Part shown: positions 10,539-19,744 of the stretch, piece after piece | Layout: each line of letters opens with the position of its first letter | How positions within the stretch are numbered: position 1 is the first letter of the stretch | The notes under the pieces: generated by a model | Databases searched by the model: none | What the model saw: only the letters and a program-made list of their open reading frames with translations | Told to the model about the DNA's origin: nothing | Assembly (NCBI GenBank): GCA_023667245.1 | Contig: JAMPAL010000006.1 | Span: 50 to 64,049 of the forward strand | Source of the DNA: Anaeroplasma bactoclasticum | Lineage (GTDB): Bacteria; Bacillota_I; Bacilli_A; ML615J-28; CAG-313 | Direction of reading: 5' to 3' | Length of the DNA stretch: 64,000 bases | Program-made: the position numbers and the translations under genes

Positions 10539-11031
10539 TTACCTTTAATAAATCTTCAATTTGTTGAAATGCGCCCACTTTTTCTCGATAAGATAAAATA
10601 GCATTCGCTTTCGAATCACCAATACCTGGAAGTGTCAATAATTCTGTTTTTGTGCAAGTATTGATGTTGATTTTGGAATGTTCTAGAGGTATAGAAACAT
10701 CCCTATTTTCTCCTGTTTTTTCTATAACTATCTTTATATTTGATGTAATAACTGATACCAAATTGAGATTGCTAATATTCGCATATGCTGTAAATCCTCC
10801 TGCTAGTTCAATTACATCGTATAACAATGATCCGCTTTCAACCTTATAAATACCAGGATGCATCACCTCACCTCTTAGATCGATTAAACAATCATTGGAT
10901 GTATCCATAGTGAAGGAGGTAGATGTATTTGAACTAAGCGTAGGAGTACTACCACAAGCTGGTAAAAAGAGGGTTAAGAGCAATGTTAACAAGATATACA
11001 CCTTGTTATACCTATTTGATTTTATTTTCAT
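10486..11031 (-). CDS. comEA: Competence DNA receptor ComEA
   Basis: SLBB domain (GEVMHPGIY) plus HhH (ININT...LPGIG...A); lipobox-like LPAC. Confidence 0.92.
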   Translation of the reverse strand: MKIKSNRYNKVYILLTLLLTLFLPACGSTPTLSSNTSTSFTMDTSNDCLIDLRGEVMHPGIYKVESGSLLYDVIELAGGFTAYANISNLNLVSVITSNIKIVIEKTGENRDVSIPLEHSKININTCTKTELLTLPGIGDSKANAILSYREKVGAFQQIEDLLKVNGIGQTLFQDIQALITI

Positions 11032-11120
11032 ATGTTTTTTCCTCCTTCACCCAATCATACGTCAAATAAATCATTAAAAAACGTAAAAACATCTATTATA
11101 TGTAATAGATGTTTTATTTT

Positions 11121-12980
11121 TTATTTTTTAGAATGCATTGCGCGCATAGCATTGCAAATGGCAAGAACTGATACGCCCACATCGGCAAATATAGCTAGCC
11201 ACATATTAGGTATAGCCACCATACTCCATATCAAAATGCCAATTTTAACTAACAAGGCAAAAATGATATTTTCTTTTACAATATGCATCGTTTTTTTTAC
11301 AATGCGTTTGGCATCGATGATGCTAGATAAGGTATCATACATCAAAACGACATCACTGGCCTCTATCGCACTATCACTTCCAACCCCACCCATTGAAATA
11401 CCGATATCTGCACGCATTAAAACTGGTGCATCATTAATGCCATCTCCAACATAAACTGTCGTACCTTGTGTATTTTTCTCCATAATTTCTTCTAAACAAC
11501 CCACTTTATCAGTTGGCAATAATCCAGCATAATACTTACTCAAATGAAGTTGTCCTGCCACATATGAAGCCACTTGTTCATTGTCACCTGTTAGCATAAT
11601 GGTTTGATATCCTTTGCTACTCAAATATGCTATCGTCTCAACTGCATCTGGTTTAATCTCATCCATAATTTCTATATATCCTAAATACAAGCTATCCTTT
11701 GCAAAATGAACAATGGTACCCACACTTTCTATCACTGGATAGGATATATGATGAGTTTTCATAAGTTTATCATTTCCTGCTAAATAGGTATTTTCTTTCC
11801 ATTTCGCAACAATTCCCATACCAGAAATTTCTTCTATCTCATCTGCAGATATCGATATAGTCCGATTTTCAACATAATGAGTTATACACTTGGCAATTGG
11901 ATGATTACTTTTCGATTCTGTCAAATACACAGCCTGATAAAAATCCTCTTCATTTTCGGATATAGATACTTGTTGGACTACAAAATTTCCCTTTGTTAGT
12001 GTACCTGTTTTGTCAAACACAAAGGTATTGGCTTTATCTAGTATTTCAAAATAATTACTTCCTTTAATTAGAATTCCTTTTTTAGATGCACCACCAATTC
12101 CTCCAAAAAAGCTCAATGGCACGCTAATGACCAAAGCACATGGACAACTAACAACTAAAAAATTGAGTGCTTTAAATACCCAGGTTCCCCAGTCATGAGT
12201 AAACAAAGGTGGAATAAGCGCTATTACTGCTGCAAGACCAACAACAATAGGTGTATAATACCTTGCAAATTTGGCAATAAAATTTTCTGCCTTAGCCTTT
12301 TTACAAGACGCATTTTCCACTAACTCTAAAATTTTAGATACGGTTGAATCTTCAAATAATTTTGTTGTTTGAATTTCAATAACCGAGCCAATATTAATCA
12401 TTCCACTTGTAACTTCCATTCCCTCTGTTACCTCTTTAGGCAAAGATTCACCAGTTAAAGCTGCAGTATTTAAAAGTGTTGCACCTTTTTGAATAATACC
12501 ATCTAATGGAATTTTTTCACCTACTTTTACAATAATTGTACTGCCAATTTCTACTTCAGAAGGGTCTACTATAATTTCTTCTCCATTTTCACCAATCTTT
12601 GTTGCAAAATCTGGACGAATATCCATCAAATTGGCAATTGAGTCTCTTGATTTTCCCACTGCATAGTTTTCAAACAATTCACCAATCTGATAAAATATCA
12701 TTACAACTGCTCCCTCTGCAGTTTCACCAATGATAAATGCTCCAATAGAAGCAATTAACATTAGAAAATTTTCATCCAATATTTTGCCATGTGCAATATT
12801 TTTGATTGCTTTTATCACGACTTTATAAGCGACTATCAAATATGCTAGTAAATATCCACCAAAAATAATGTATGTCAAAAAATCTTGCCTTTTTGAATAT
12901 ACATGATCGATGATGCAGATTGGGATAAAAATGATTAATGAAAATAGAATTCGAATCAACTGCTTTTGATGCTTAGACAT
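11121..12980 (-). CDS. cadA: Heavy-metal (Zn/Cd) P1B-type ATPase
   Basis: TGES, SCPCAL, DKTGTLT, HP, GDGINDAP motifs. Confidence 0.92.
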   Translation of the reverse strand: MSKHQKQLIRILFSLIIFIPICIIDHVYSKRQDFLTYIIFGGYLLAYLIVAYKVVIKAIKNIAHGKILDENFLMLIASIGAFIIGETAEGAVVMIFYQIGELFENYAVGKSRDSIANLMDIRPDFATKIGENGEEIIVDPSEVEIGSTIIVKVGEKIPLDGIIQKGATLLNTAALTGESLPKEVTEGMEVTSGMINIGSVIEIQTTKLFEDSTVSKILELVENASCKKAKAENFIAKFARYYTPIVVGLAAVIALIPPLFTHDWGTWVFKALNFLVVSCPCALVISVPLSFFGGIGGASKKGILIKGSNYFEILDKANTFVFDKTGTLTKGNFVVQQVSISENEEDFYQAVYLTESKSNHPIAKCITHYVENRTISISADEIEEISGMGIVAKWKENTYLAGNDKLMKTHHISYPVIESVGTIVHFAKDSLYLGYIEIMDEIKPDAVETIAYLSSKGYQTIMLTGDNEQVASYVAGQLHLSKYYAGLLPTDKVGCLEEIMEKNTQGTTVYVGDGINDAPVLMRADIGISMGGVGSDSAIEASDVVLMYDTLSSIIDAKRIVKKTMHIVKENIIFALLVKIGILIWSMVAIPNMWLAIFADVGVSVLAICNAMRAMHSKK

Positions 12981-12981
12981 T

Positions 12982-13203
12982 TTATAACCCCACTATCTCA
13001 CAATCTGGTTCTACTTTTTTCTTTGCCTTCTCAATGGCTTGAACGACTTGATCATATTGTTCATCCACTATCTCAATTGTCATCTTTTGTGTCATAAAAT
13101 GAATACTCACTTCAGTTACACCTTCAATTTTGGAAATGGCATGCTCCAATTCTTGAGCACAATTAGCGCAATCTAAATTCATAATTTTTACTATTTTTTT
13201 CAT
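12982..13203 (-). CDS. Heavy-metal-associated (HMA) domain protein
   Basis: LDCANCA motif, 73 aa; the detached N-terminal domain of the ATPase. Confidence 0.88.
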   Translation of the reverse strand: MKKIVKIMNLDCANCAQELEHAISKIEGVTEVSIHFMTQKMTIEIVDEQYDQVVQAIEKAKKKVEPDCEIVGL

Positions 13204-13214
13204 ATTATCTCCTT

Positions 13215-13574
13215 CTATTCCATCACATGTTCTATTGCCATGCGATATATTTTTCCTACATGGTCATCTGCTAGGGCGTAGTAAACTTCCTTGCCTACTT
13301 TCCTAGACTGAATGAGTCTGGCCATTTTTAGGATTTTCAGTTGATGAGAAATAGCAGATTTCGTCATATTGAGTACCTTTGAAATATCACACACACACAA
13401 CTCTTGCGTATATAAAACCGAAAGTATTTTGGTTCTAGTTGGATCCCCCAATACCTTAAATAATTCAGTTACGCCCAATAAATTTTCTTCTTTAGGCATC
13501 TCATGTTCTACCAAATTCACTTTATCTTCATGAACAAAGTTGTGTTTGCAGCACATCACGTCTTTTTCTGTCAT
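13215..13574 (-). CDS. ArsR/SmtB metalloregulator (CadC/CzrA-like)
   Basis: ELCVCD (alpha3 site) and DDHV...EHVME (alpha5 site). Confidence 0.92.
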   Translation of the reverse strand: MTEKDVMCCKHNFVHEDKVNLVEHEMPKEENLLGVTELFKVLGDPTRTKILSVLYTQELCVCDISKVLNMTKSAISHQLKILKMARLIQSRKVGKEVYYALADDHVGKIYRMAIEHVME

Positions 13575-13590
13575 TTTCTTCACCTCTTTC

Positions 13591-13618
13591 TAACAGTTGA
13601 ATAGTTGTTCAACTGTTA
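13591..13618. promoter_or_regulatory. SmtB/ArsR operator
   Basis: Perfect 11-6-11 palindrome TAACAGTTGAA-TAGTTG-TTCAACTGTTA just downstream of TTGTAT-17-TATAAT (minus strand). Confidence 0.85.
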
Positions 13619-13708
13619 TTATTATATGCTACTTGCACTAAAAATACAACTCAAATGCTTCAAAATAATAAAAAAACCTATTCAATATATGTATTGAATA
13701 GGTCTTCA

Positions 13709-14179
13709 TCATTTAGACGAGCATTTTTCAGCATCAATGGCCAAGACAAACATTAGGCAAGTCAATGCATCCTCATCATGATTGACACGAATTAGATATG
13801 TATCAGTAAAATGAAACAATTCTTTTTCTACTTTAGCAATTTGTTGATGATTTGCATCGAGTATTGCATAGTCGAAACCAAATACACTTCCCTCAACAGT
13901 CCAACTTTTGAATTGAATATCATAATCATTCTTCAAAAGACGAAACTTTTTTCGGATGAATCCGACTAACTTTTCATGAATATAAACTTCAAAAGTAGGC
14001 AGCATCACCCATATTTTTTCTTTCAATGTAGCTACATGTATACCCTCTCGGTCATATACCTCTAAACAATGACCAATCGAAAATCTCCCCTTAACTTGGT
14101 AAATCACCTCGTCTTGTTCATTGTATATGTCATAGGAATCAAACCAACTCATAAAACGTTGTTTAAATTTTAAAATCAT
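13709..14179 (-). CDS. LURP-one-related/scramblase family protein
   Basis: FKQRFMSWFDSYDIY...WTVEGSVFGFDY...DTY pattern. Confidence 0.8.
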   Translation of the reverse strand: MILKFKQRFMSWFDSYDIYNEQDEVIYQVKGRFSIGHCLEVYDREGIHVATLKEKIWVMLPTFEVYIHEKLVGFIRKKFRLLKNDYDIQFKSWTVEGSVFGFDYAILDANHQQIAKVEKELFHFTDTYLIRVNHDEDALTCLMFVLAIDAEKCSSK

Positions 14180-14538
14180 GTCAAATAACTCCTTCTTGCC
14201 TCAAACAAAACTACCCCATCATGTGTAATCGTATAATCTTCTTTTTCGAATAAATCCAACGCTTGATCCTTTGTAACATACAAGGTAATCTCTTTTTTCG
14301 TATAAATGTCTTGAAAAATGGCTTGGTAATCATACATTTGTCGATAATAAGATACAGCTATTTCTAATTGGTCTTTTTTTCGCAAAACAACTGTTTGAAT
14401 TTGGTTGGTTATGGCAGACTTGGCCTGTAAAAACAAAGGCATTTGCTTTCGAATAGTCACAATTAAAATCATAAAAAAAATCAAAAACAACACCAATACT
14501 ATAAGTACAAGATATCCAATTTCTTCTTTTGTCATCAT
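14176..14538 (-). CDS. Hypothetical single-pass membrane protein
   Basis: N-terminal hydrophobic helix, RBS GAGG, overlaps the downstream gene by 4 nt. Confidence 0.7.
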   Translation of the reverse strand: MMTKEEIGYLVLIVLVLFLIFFMILIVTIRKQMPLFLQAKSAITNQIQTVVLRKKDQLEIAVSYYRQMYDYQAIFQDIYTKKEITLYVTKDQALDLFEKEDYTITHDGVVLFEARRSYLT

Positions 14539-14920
14539 TATTCCTCTTCTTTGGTTTTATTATACCAAAAAATAACTCATTTGTAAAGCACAAAATTTTC
14601 TTTAGTAAACCATACTTTCCACAAAAAAGAATAGTTTCCGTGCAATCGCCTGAGAGTTTTAAATATTGCAAATAGACTAGCGATTTATACTAACTATTGC
14701 GGAACAAATAAAATATAACTTATTTATCCATTATTCTTTGTTACGAGTTCTTCTATTCTTGCCTCAAGTTCAGTAATATTTTATGCATAACTTTTATGCT
14801 GTCTCTAGTTGATATTCATAATATATCAAAAAAAATATTCCTTATGTGGCTTTGTAAAATTTTATATATCTATATCAAACTAGACTATAGGTAGCCTATT
14901 TCATTCACTTAGTAAATTAA

Positions 14921-14950
14921 CAAAAAAGGCATGGCTCTGCGCCACGCCTA
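14921..14950 (-). terminator. Intrinsic terminator after the GH18 gene
   Basis: GGCGTGGC-GCAGA-GCCATGCC-TTTTTT on the minus strand. Confidence 0.75.
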
Positions 14951-15005
14951 ATTCTTACATCTACAGCTTACTCAAAGCATTTCTATAAGAATAGAGAAAT
15001 TTAAA

Positions 15006-18000
15006 TTAACTATGAATTGCTGCGTAAATGGCATTAATGACATTATCTGCAGTATCCTCAGAATAACACCAACACATAATACCTACACCATCCATACTAT
15101 TTGCATATGCATATTTGGCTTTTACAACTTCTTCACTATCATAGGTGACAAATATACGATCAGTTGCACTATATAAATAAGAACCTACGATTTGACCATT
15201 TTTATTCAACTCTGTATACTTGGTATATTTACCCGTTTGAAGTAAATATTGTATACCATTACCAAATACAGTTCCACTTGCAAATGAGCCTGGTACACCA
15301 CTAATTTGAGTAAGTGTACCAGCCACACCCAAATAAGGATAAGTTGTATTGCTAGATGTTCCTGTGACTTTAAAAGCCTTCCCATATCCTGCTGTACCAA
15401 TAATGAGTTTATGTCTAGAAAAGCCAAGGCTAACTAATCTTTCCACACCATAGGCACAACCAAATCCATAACCACCATCATATGAGGAAGAATACATTGG
15501 AGAAAGATGGGATGTTTTATCTGTTCTATTCATATCATATGACATAATGTTAATGTAATCTAAATATTGATCTAATGTTTTGAAATCAAAACGATCTGAT
15601 GCGGTACCCCAAGAACTAGCAGGAACAGCAGCACTTAAGAAATATGGTGTTCCCCTCTCATCTTGACGTTTATTCATTTCTGCTCTTAAATCCTTACAAA
15701 GTGCATTCATGCTAGATGCTACTACTTTTACTGTCGAAGAAACAGTTTCCCAGTCAATATCTAGACCATCTAAATTATATCTTTCTACTAAATCCATCAA
15801 ATTCTTTACAAATACAGCTCGTTTTGTAGCATCAGCTGTAAGATTCATAAAGTTAGCACAACTTTGACTAGAAACTCCATTAACACTAGCAATTATACGT
15901 ACACCATTTTCTCTTAGTGCTCTTACTTCATTCAAATAACTGGTATTATCTAATTGGCAAGTACCATCCGCATTGATAGTAATGAACGCATAATAAATAA
16001 TGTCTAATGCTTCTTTTGTTGTATTGGAAAAAAGAGTTCCTTCTTGTTTGTATCGATCATTGTATTGCTTATAAGCATACATTGCACCTGTTGAAAAATA
16101 AGTTGCCACTGGTGTTGAAACCAAATCATCAAATAAAATCGGATCAATGGTAATTGGTTTTGATTTTACTTGAGTTGTGCCATTGGCATAATGAATATTG
16201 ACAGTAATAGTCACTTGTTGAGCCTTATGTGTTTGATTGATTTTGGATACTTTTCCTATACCATTTGCAATTTGATATAATGCTGGATTAGAACTAGACC
16301 ATTCAAATGTAGCACCATTTAATGTAGTTGGTAAGTTATCTACCGTTTGTGATGTTGCAATATCACTGACCAGACTTAAAATATCGCTTGGATCAATTTG
16401 GGCATCATCTATTTTCCAACAAGCATAAAGCGTTGTTGATTTATTTACAGTTGTTACCTTTGTACCTGTACACTCTTGATTGGTATACCATCCCATGAAA
16501 ACATGTCCTGGTTTGGTTGGATTAATCAGTGTAGATGTACCTATATATTGTTTAACCACATAGGATGATGGAATTGTTAAATGTGCGTCATAGATTTCTA
16601 TAGAAAGACCACAGGTTGTACTTGGTGCATCACCAAATGCTTGATTGGCTACCACACGATCTCCTACTTCAACTGTTGAAAGCATTTGATAAGCAACTGC
16701 ATATTCAGGATGTACAAAAATAAAGTAATCGGACGTTTTGGTCCCCGCATGCAGTCCAACACCAGATGCAATCACTTGATCTACTATATAAGTCTGCGAT
16801 GTACTTTGATAACTAAATCCAATTTTTAAAGCGGATGCATACGTATCTGCTTCTCCTATCTTGCTTGTCTTGAATACAACAACTTCATTTGTGTAATGCG
16901 CCCAATAACCTGTACTATAATAATTGGTTGAAAATGTAGCATTTTTTTGTGGTTCACTACCTTGTATTGCACCTTCAAGGGTTCCACCATCTAAATAAAA
17001 ATATACATCATAACGCGCAACATCTTGTTCTTCCTTGAGTTGTTCAATTTTTACCTCTAATTGGACTAACATATTTAAATGAACCACATAACCTTTAGCT
17101 TCTTCAGAAAGGGCTACATAAGCATTTCTAACTTCAACCACCGCTTGTTCATCTGATAAGGTAAGCACTTCGATAGAAGGTAGTGCCAAAATACGTTCAT
17201 CAACCATTGCAGCACTTTGTTGAAGCGCATTTTCTTCTTCTAATTGGCGTAATTTTTGTTTCAATTGATTCAGTTTATCTACATTTGTTACATAGGCTTG
17301 AACAGCTTGTGATAAGTTATCATAAGCCAAACTCACTTGCTCAATTTGTTCTTTATCTGCTAAAGAAATGGTATCAACTGTAGGAAGCGCTTCTATCCAT
17401 TGAACAACTTGACTTGCTTCTTCTTGTAATTGTTGTTCTTGTTCTAATTTTTTTAACTGATTTTCTAGGGCTATAAGCGTTTCAATTTGATTGACATAGA
17501 CTTTAGCCTCTTCTTCTAATTCCTCATATAGTGCTCTAGCAGATTGCACTTTTTCTTGATCTTGTAATTGTAATTTTGTTACAGAAGGTAATGCCATAAT
17601 GCAGTCATCAACTGCTTGTGCCCTTGCCTTCCACTCATTTTGTTGTGCTTCTTCTTGTAAAACTGCTAATTTTTCTTCTAAAAGCTCTAGTATAGAAAGT
17701 CCTACTACATACACTTTGGCCTCAGAATCTAATGAATCATAAGCTTGACGGGCATCACTTACTTGATTTTGATAATCTAAAGTCAATTCTTCTACATCTG
17801 GCAAAGCATCAATTTTTTGACTCACCAAATTTGCGAGCACACGCAATGCTTCATCTTCTTTTAAAGTATTCAGTTTGAATTCCAATTTTTCTAATTTTTC
17901 TATATTGCTAACGAATGCTTGAGCTTGCATAGATAATGCGTTGTAAGCAGTTCTAGCTGCTACAATATCCTTTTCATCCTCTAATGTGATTTCTTCAACT

Positions 18001-18341
18001 TGTTTTAACTGCTCTATCAAATGAATGACCTCACTTGCTAAACGTTTTTGTTCTTCCAAATCTTCTAATCTATCAATCTCTTGAATTGCTTCCAATAACT
18101 TTATGGAATTGGTTACTTGTCGTTTGGCTTGATCTGATAATGCATCATATTCTTCTTTCAGCTGTTTTAATGTAGCCGCACTAGACAATAGAATAGGTAT
18201 GCTGATGTCATCTATTCGTTCAATCAATTGTTCGACTTTGATTTGTTCTTCTGTTTTCACTGGATTATGATCTGTTTTACAAGCAACTAAAGATAAAAAT
18301 AGTAATGCAAATAATCCACAACATACTAAACTTTTTTTCAT
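15006..18341 (-). CDS. GH18 chitinase-like lipoprotein with helical repeat stalk
   Basis: Lipobox LVAC; six ~68-aa repeats; InlB B-repeat-like FMGWY; intact LDGLDIDWE catalytic motif and MSYD. Confidence 0.88.
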   Translation of the reverse strand: MKKSLVCCGLFALLFLSLVACKTDHNPVKTEEQIKVEQLIERIDDISIPILLSSAATLKQLKEEYDALSDQAKRQVTNSIKLLEAIQEIDRLEDLEEQKRLASEVIHLIEQLKQVEEITLEDEKDIVAARTAYNALSMQAQAFVSNIEKLEKLEFKLNTLKEDEALRVLANLVSQKIDALPDVEELTLDYQNQVSDARQAYDSLDSEAKVYVVGLSILELLEEKLAVLQEEAQQNEWKARAQAVDDCIMALPSVTKLQLQDQEKVQSARALYEELEEEAKVYVNQIETLIALENQLKKLEQEQQLQEEASQVVQWIEALPTVDTISLADKEQIEQVSLAYDNLSQAVQAYVTNVDKLNQLKQKLRQLEEENALQQSAAMVDERILALPSIEVLTLSDEQAVVEVRNAYVALSEEAKGYVVHLNMLVQLEVKIEQLKEEQDVARYDVYFYLDGGTLEGAIQGSEPQKNATFSTNYYSTGYWAHYTNEVVVFKTSKIGEADTYASALKIGFSYQSTSQTYIVDQVIASGVGLHAGTKTSDYFIFVHPEYAVAYQMLSTVEVGDRVVANQAFGDAPSTTCGLSIEIYDAHLTIPSSYVVKQYIGTSTLINPTKPGHVFMGWYTNQECTGTKVTTVNKSTTLYACWKIDDAQIDPSDILSLVSDIATSQTVDNLPTTLNGATFEWSSSNPALYQIANGIGKVSKINQTHKAQQVTITVNIHYANGTTQVKSKPITIDPILFDDLVSTPVATYFSTGAMYAYKQYNDRYKQEGTLFSNTTKEALDIIYYAFITINADGTCQLDNTSYLNEVRALRENGVRIIASVNGVSSQSCANFMNLTADATKRAVFVKNLMDLVERYNLDGLDIDWETVSSTVKVVASSMNALCKDLRAEMNKRQDERGTPYFLSAAVPASSWGTASDRFDFKTLDQYLDYINIMSYDMNRTDKTSHLSPMYSSSYDGGYGFGCAYGVERLVSLGFSRHKLIIGTAGYGKAFKVTGTSSNTTYPYLGVAGTLTQISGVPGSFASGTVFGNGIQYLLQTGKYTKYTELNKNGQIVGSYLYSATDRIFVTYDSEEVVKAKYAYANSMDGVGIMCWCYSEDTADNVINAIYAAIHS
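17030..18245 (-). repeat. Six degenerate ~68-aa tandem protein repeats
   Basis: Consensus A..V...I.ALP....LTL.D...V..AR.AY..LS.EAK.YV.N...L..LE.KL; boundaries approximate. Confidence 0.8.
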
Positions 18342-18463
18342 ATGATTCCTCCTCTATCTTTATTTTTTTCCCTCTCTTTTATTATACTAAAAAGATACAA
18401 AATTTCCTACTATTTTGTTCTAACAAAAACTAGAAAATCTCCTCTTTTTAGAGGAGATTGTGA

Positions 18464-19744
18464 TTAATCATTATTTTCTTCGTCTTCTATGTCATGTACA
18501 ATGACTTTTACCTTTTCTACACGCATTTTATCTGCTTCTATAATGGAAACATCCAAATTAGCAAAAGTAAAGGCATCACCTACTTGAGGGAATCTTTCTA
18601 ATATATCTGTACACCAACCTCCAACAGTAGTATACTCTGATTCAAAATCACGATCATCGTAATCTACTAAGTCAAGAAAATCATAAATATTCATATCACC
18701 ATCTACTTCATAAATACCTGGCTCTAGTTCTGTATAATCTAATACAACTTCATCCATTTCATCAAAAATATCATCTACTAATTCTTCAACAATATCTTCC
18801 ATCGTCAAAATCCCCATCATTCCACCAAACTCATCCACTACAATGGCTAGCTGTTGATCAGTTTGTTTAAACTCTGTTAAAATATTTGAAATGGCCTTGG
18901 TTTTATGTACATACATAGGTTCAGTTAACATCGTACGAATATCAATTTTCTTTCCTGTTAGGATTCGCTTCATCAATTCCACTGTATTCAAAATACCAAT
19001 CACATGGTCAATGGTATCTTCATAAACAGGTACCCTTGAAAAACGAAATATTTCTTCATTGGATAGGATTTCTACTTGATCATCATCAATGTCGATGGCA
19101 AATACATCTACACGAGGAACCATAATTTCATGTGCTGTCACTTCAACAAAATCAATAGCAGCACTAATCAATTCTGCATCATTTTCTTCAATGACACCTT
19201 CTTCTTCCATTTCCTCTACAATATGAATGAGTTCTTCTCCATCTGCAATAGGTTCTTTTTTCTTTGGCATCCAAAGTTTTGAAAGCAAAGAAACCAATTT
19301 AGTAACAAACCATGTGATTGGGAAAAACAAAATTCGAAATCCATTAAACAAGTTCGCAAATAACATAGATAGCCTAAAATTATATCGATTTCCTACTACC
19401 TTGGGAATAATTTCTCCGAAAATTAAAACTACAATGGTCGATAAAATAACCGCCATAGTTGGTCCCTTTTGTGGACCCCAAATTGAAGTAGCCAATAGTG
19501 TCGATGTAGAAGAGACTAAAATGTTCACAAGGTTGTTTCCTACTAAAATAGTCGATAATGCATCTGTAAAATTTTCAGATATACGTAATGCCGCACTTGC
19601 TTTTTTGGAACCTTCTTCTACTTTTTTCTTGAGTTTAATCTTACTTACACCCGAATAAACAATTTCTGTGGATGAAAAGAATGCGGATAAAAACACGCAT
19701 AAAATCATAATGACCATTAAAATAATCTTGATAGAAGGACTCAT
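18464..19744 (-). CDS. CNNM/HlyC-CorC family transporter (CNNM + 2 CBS + CorC_HlyC)
   Basis: FFSSTE, GEIIPK, SRVPVY, DEFGG, EDIVEELV, TVGG. Confidence 0.92.
   Translation of the reverse strand: MSPSIKIILMVIMILCVFLSAFFSSTEIVYSGVSKIKLKKKVEEGSKKASAALRISENFTDALSTILVGNNLVNILVSSTSTLLATSIWGPQKGPTMAVILSTIVVLIFGEIIPKVVGNRYNFRLSMLFANLFNGFRILFFPITWFVTKLVSLLSKLWMPKKKEPIADGEELIHIVEEMEEEGVIEENDAELISAAIDFVEVTAHEIMVPRVDVFAIDIDDDQVEILSNEEIFRFSRVPVYEDTIDHVIGILNTVELMKRILTGKKIDIRTMLTEPMYVHKTKAISNILTEFKQTDQQLAIVVDEFGGMMGILTMEDIVEELVDDIFDEMDEVVLDYTELEPGIYEVDGDMNIYDFLDLVDYDDRDFESEYTTVGGWCTDILERFPQVGDAFTFANLDVSIIEADKMRVEKVKVIVHDIEDEENND

Noticed and set aside
11045-11075. TTTGACGTATG upstream of comEA as a cin-box-like competence promoter
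   Set aside because: Only a loose match to TACGAATA and a single instance; cannot be supported.
14330-14671. 113-aa alternative ORF overlapping 14176-14538
   Set aside because: Spans a promoter, lacks an RBS, and the other frame has the RBS and TM helix.
14804-14884. TCTAGTTGATAT...ATATCAAACTAGA inverted repeat as a MITE
   Set aside because: Imperfect, single copy in the window, no target-site duplication and no transposase.
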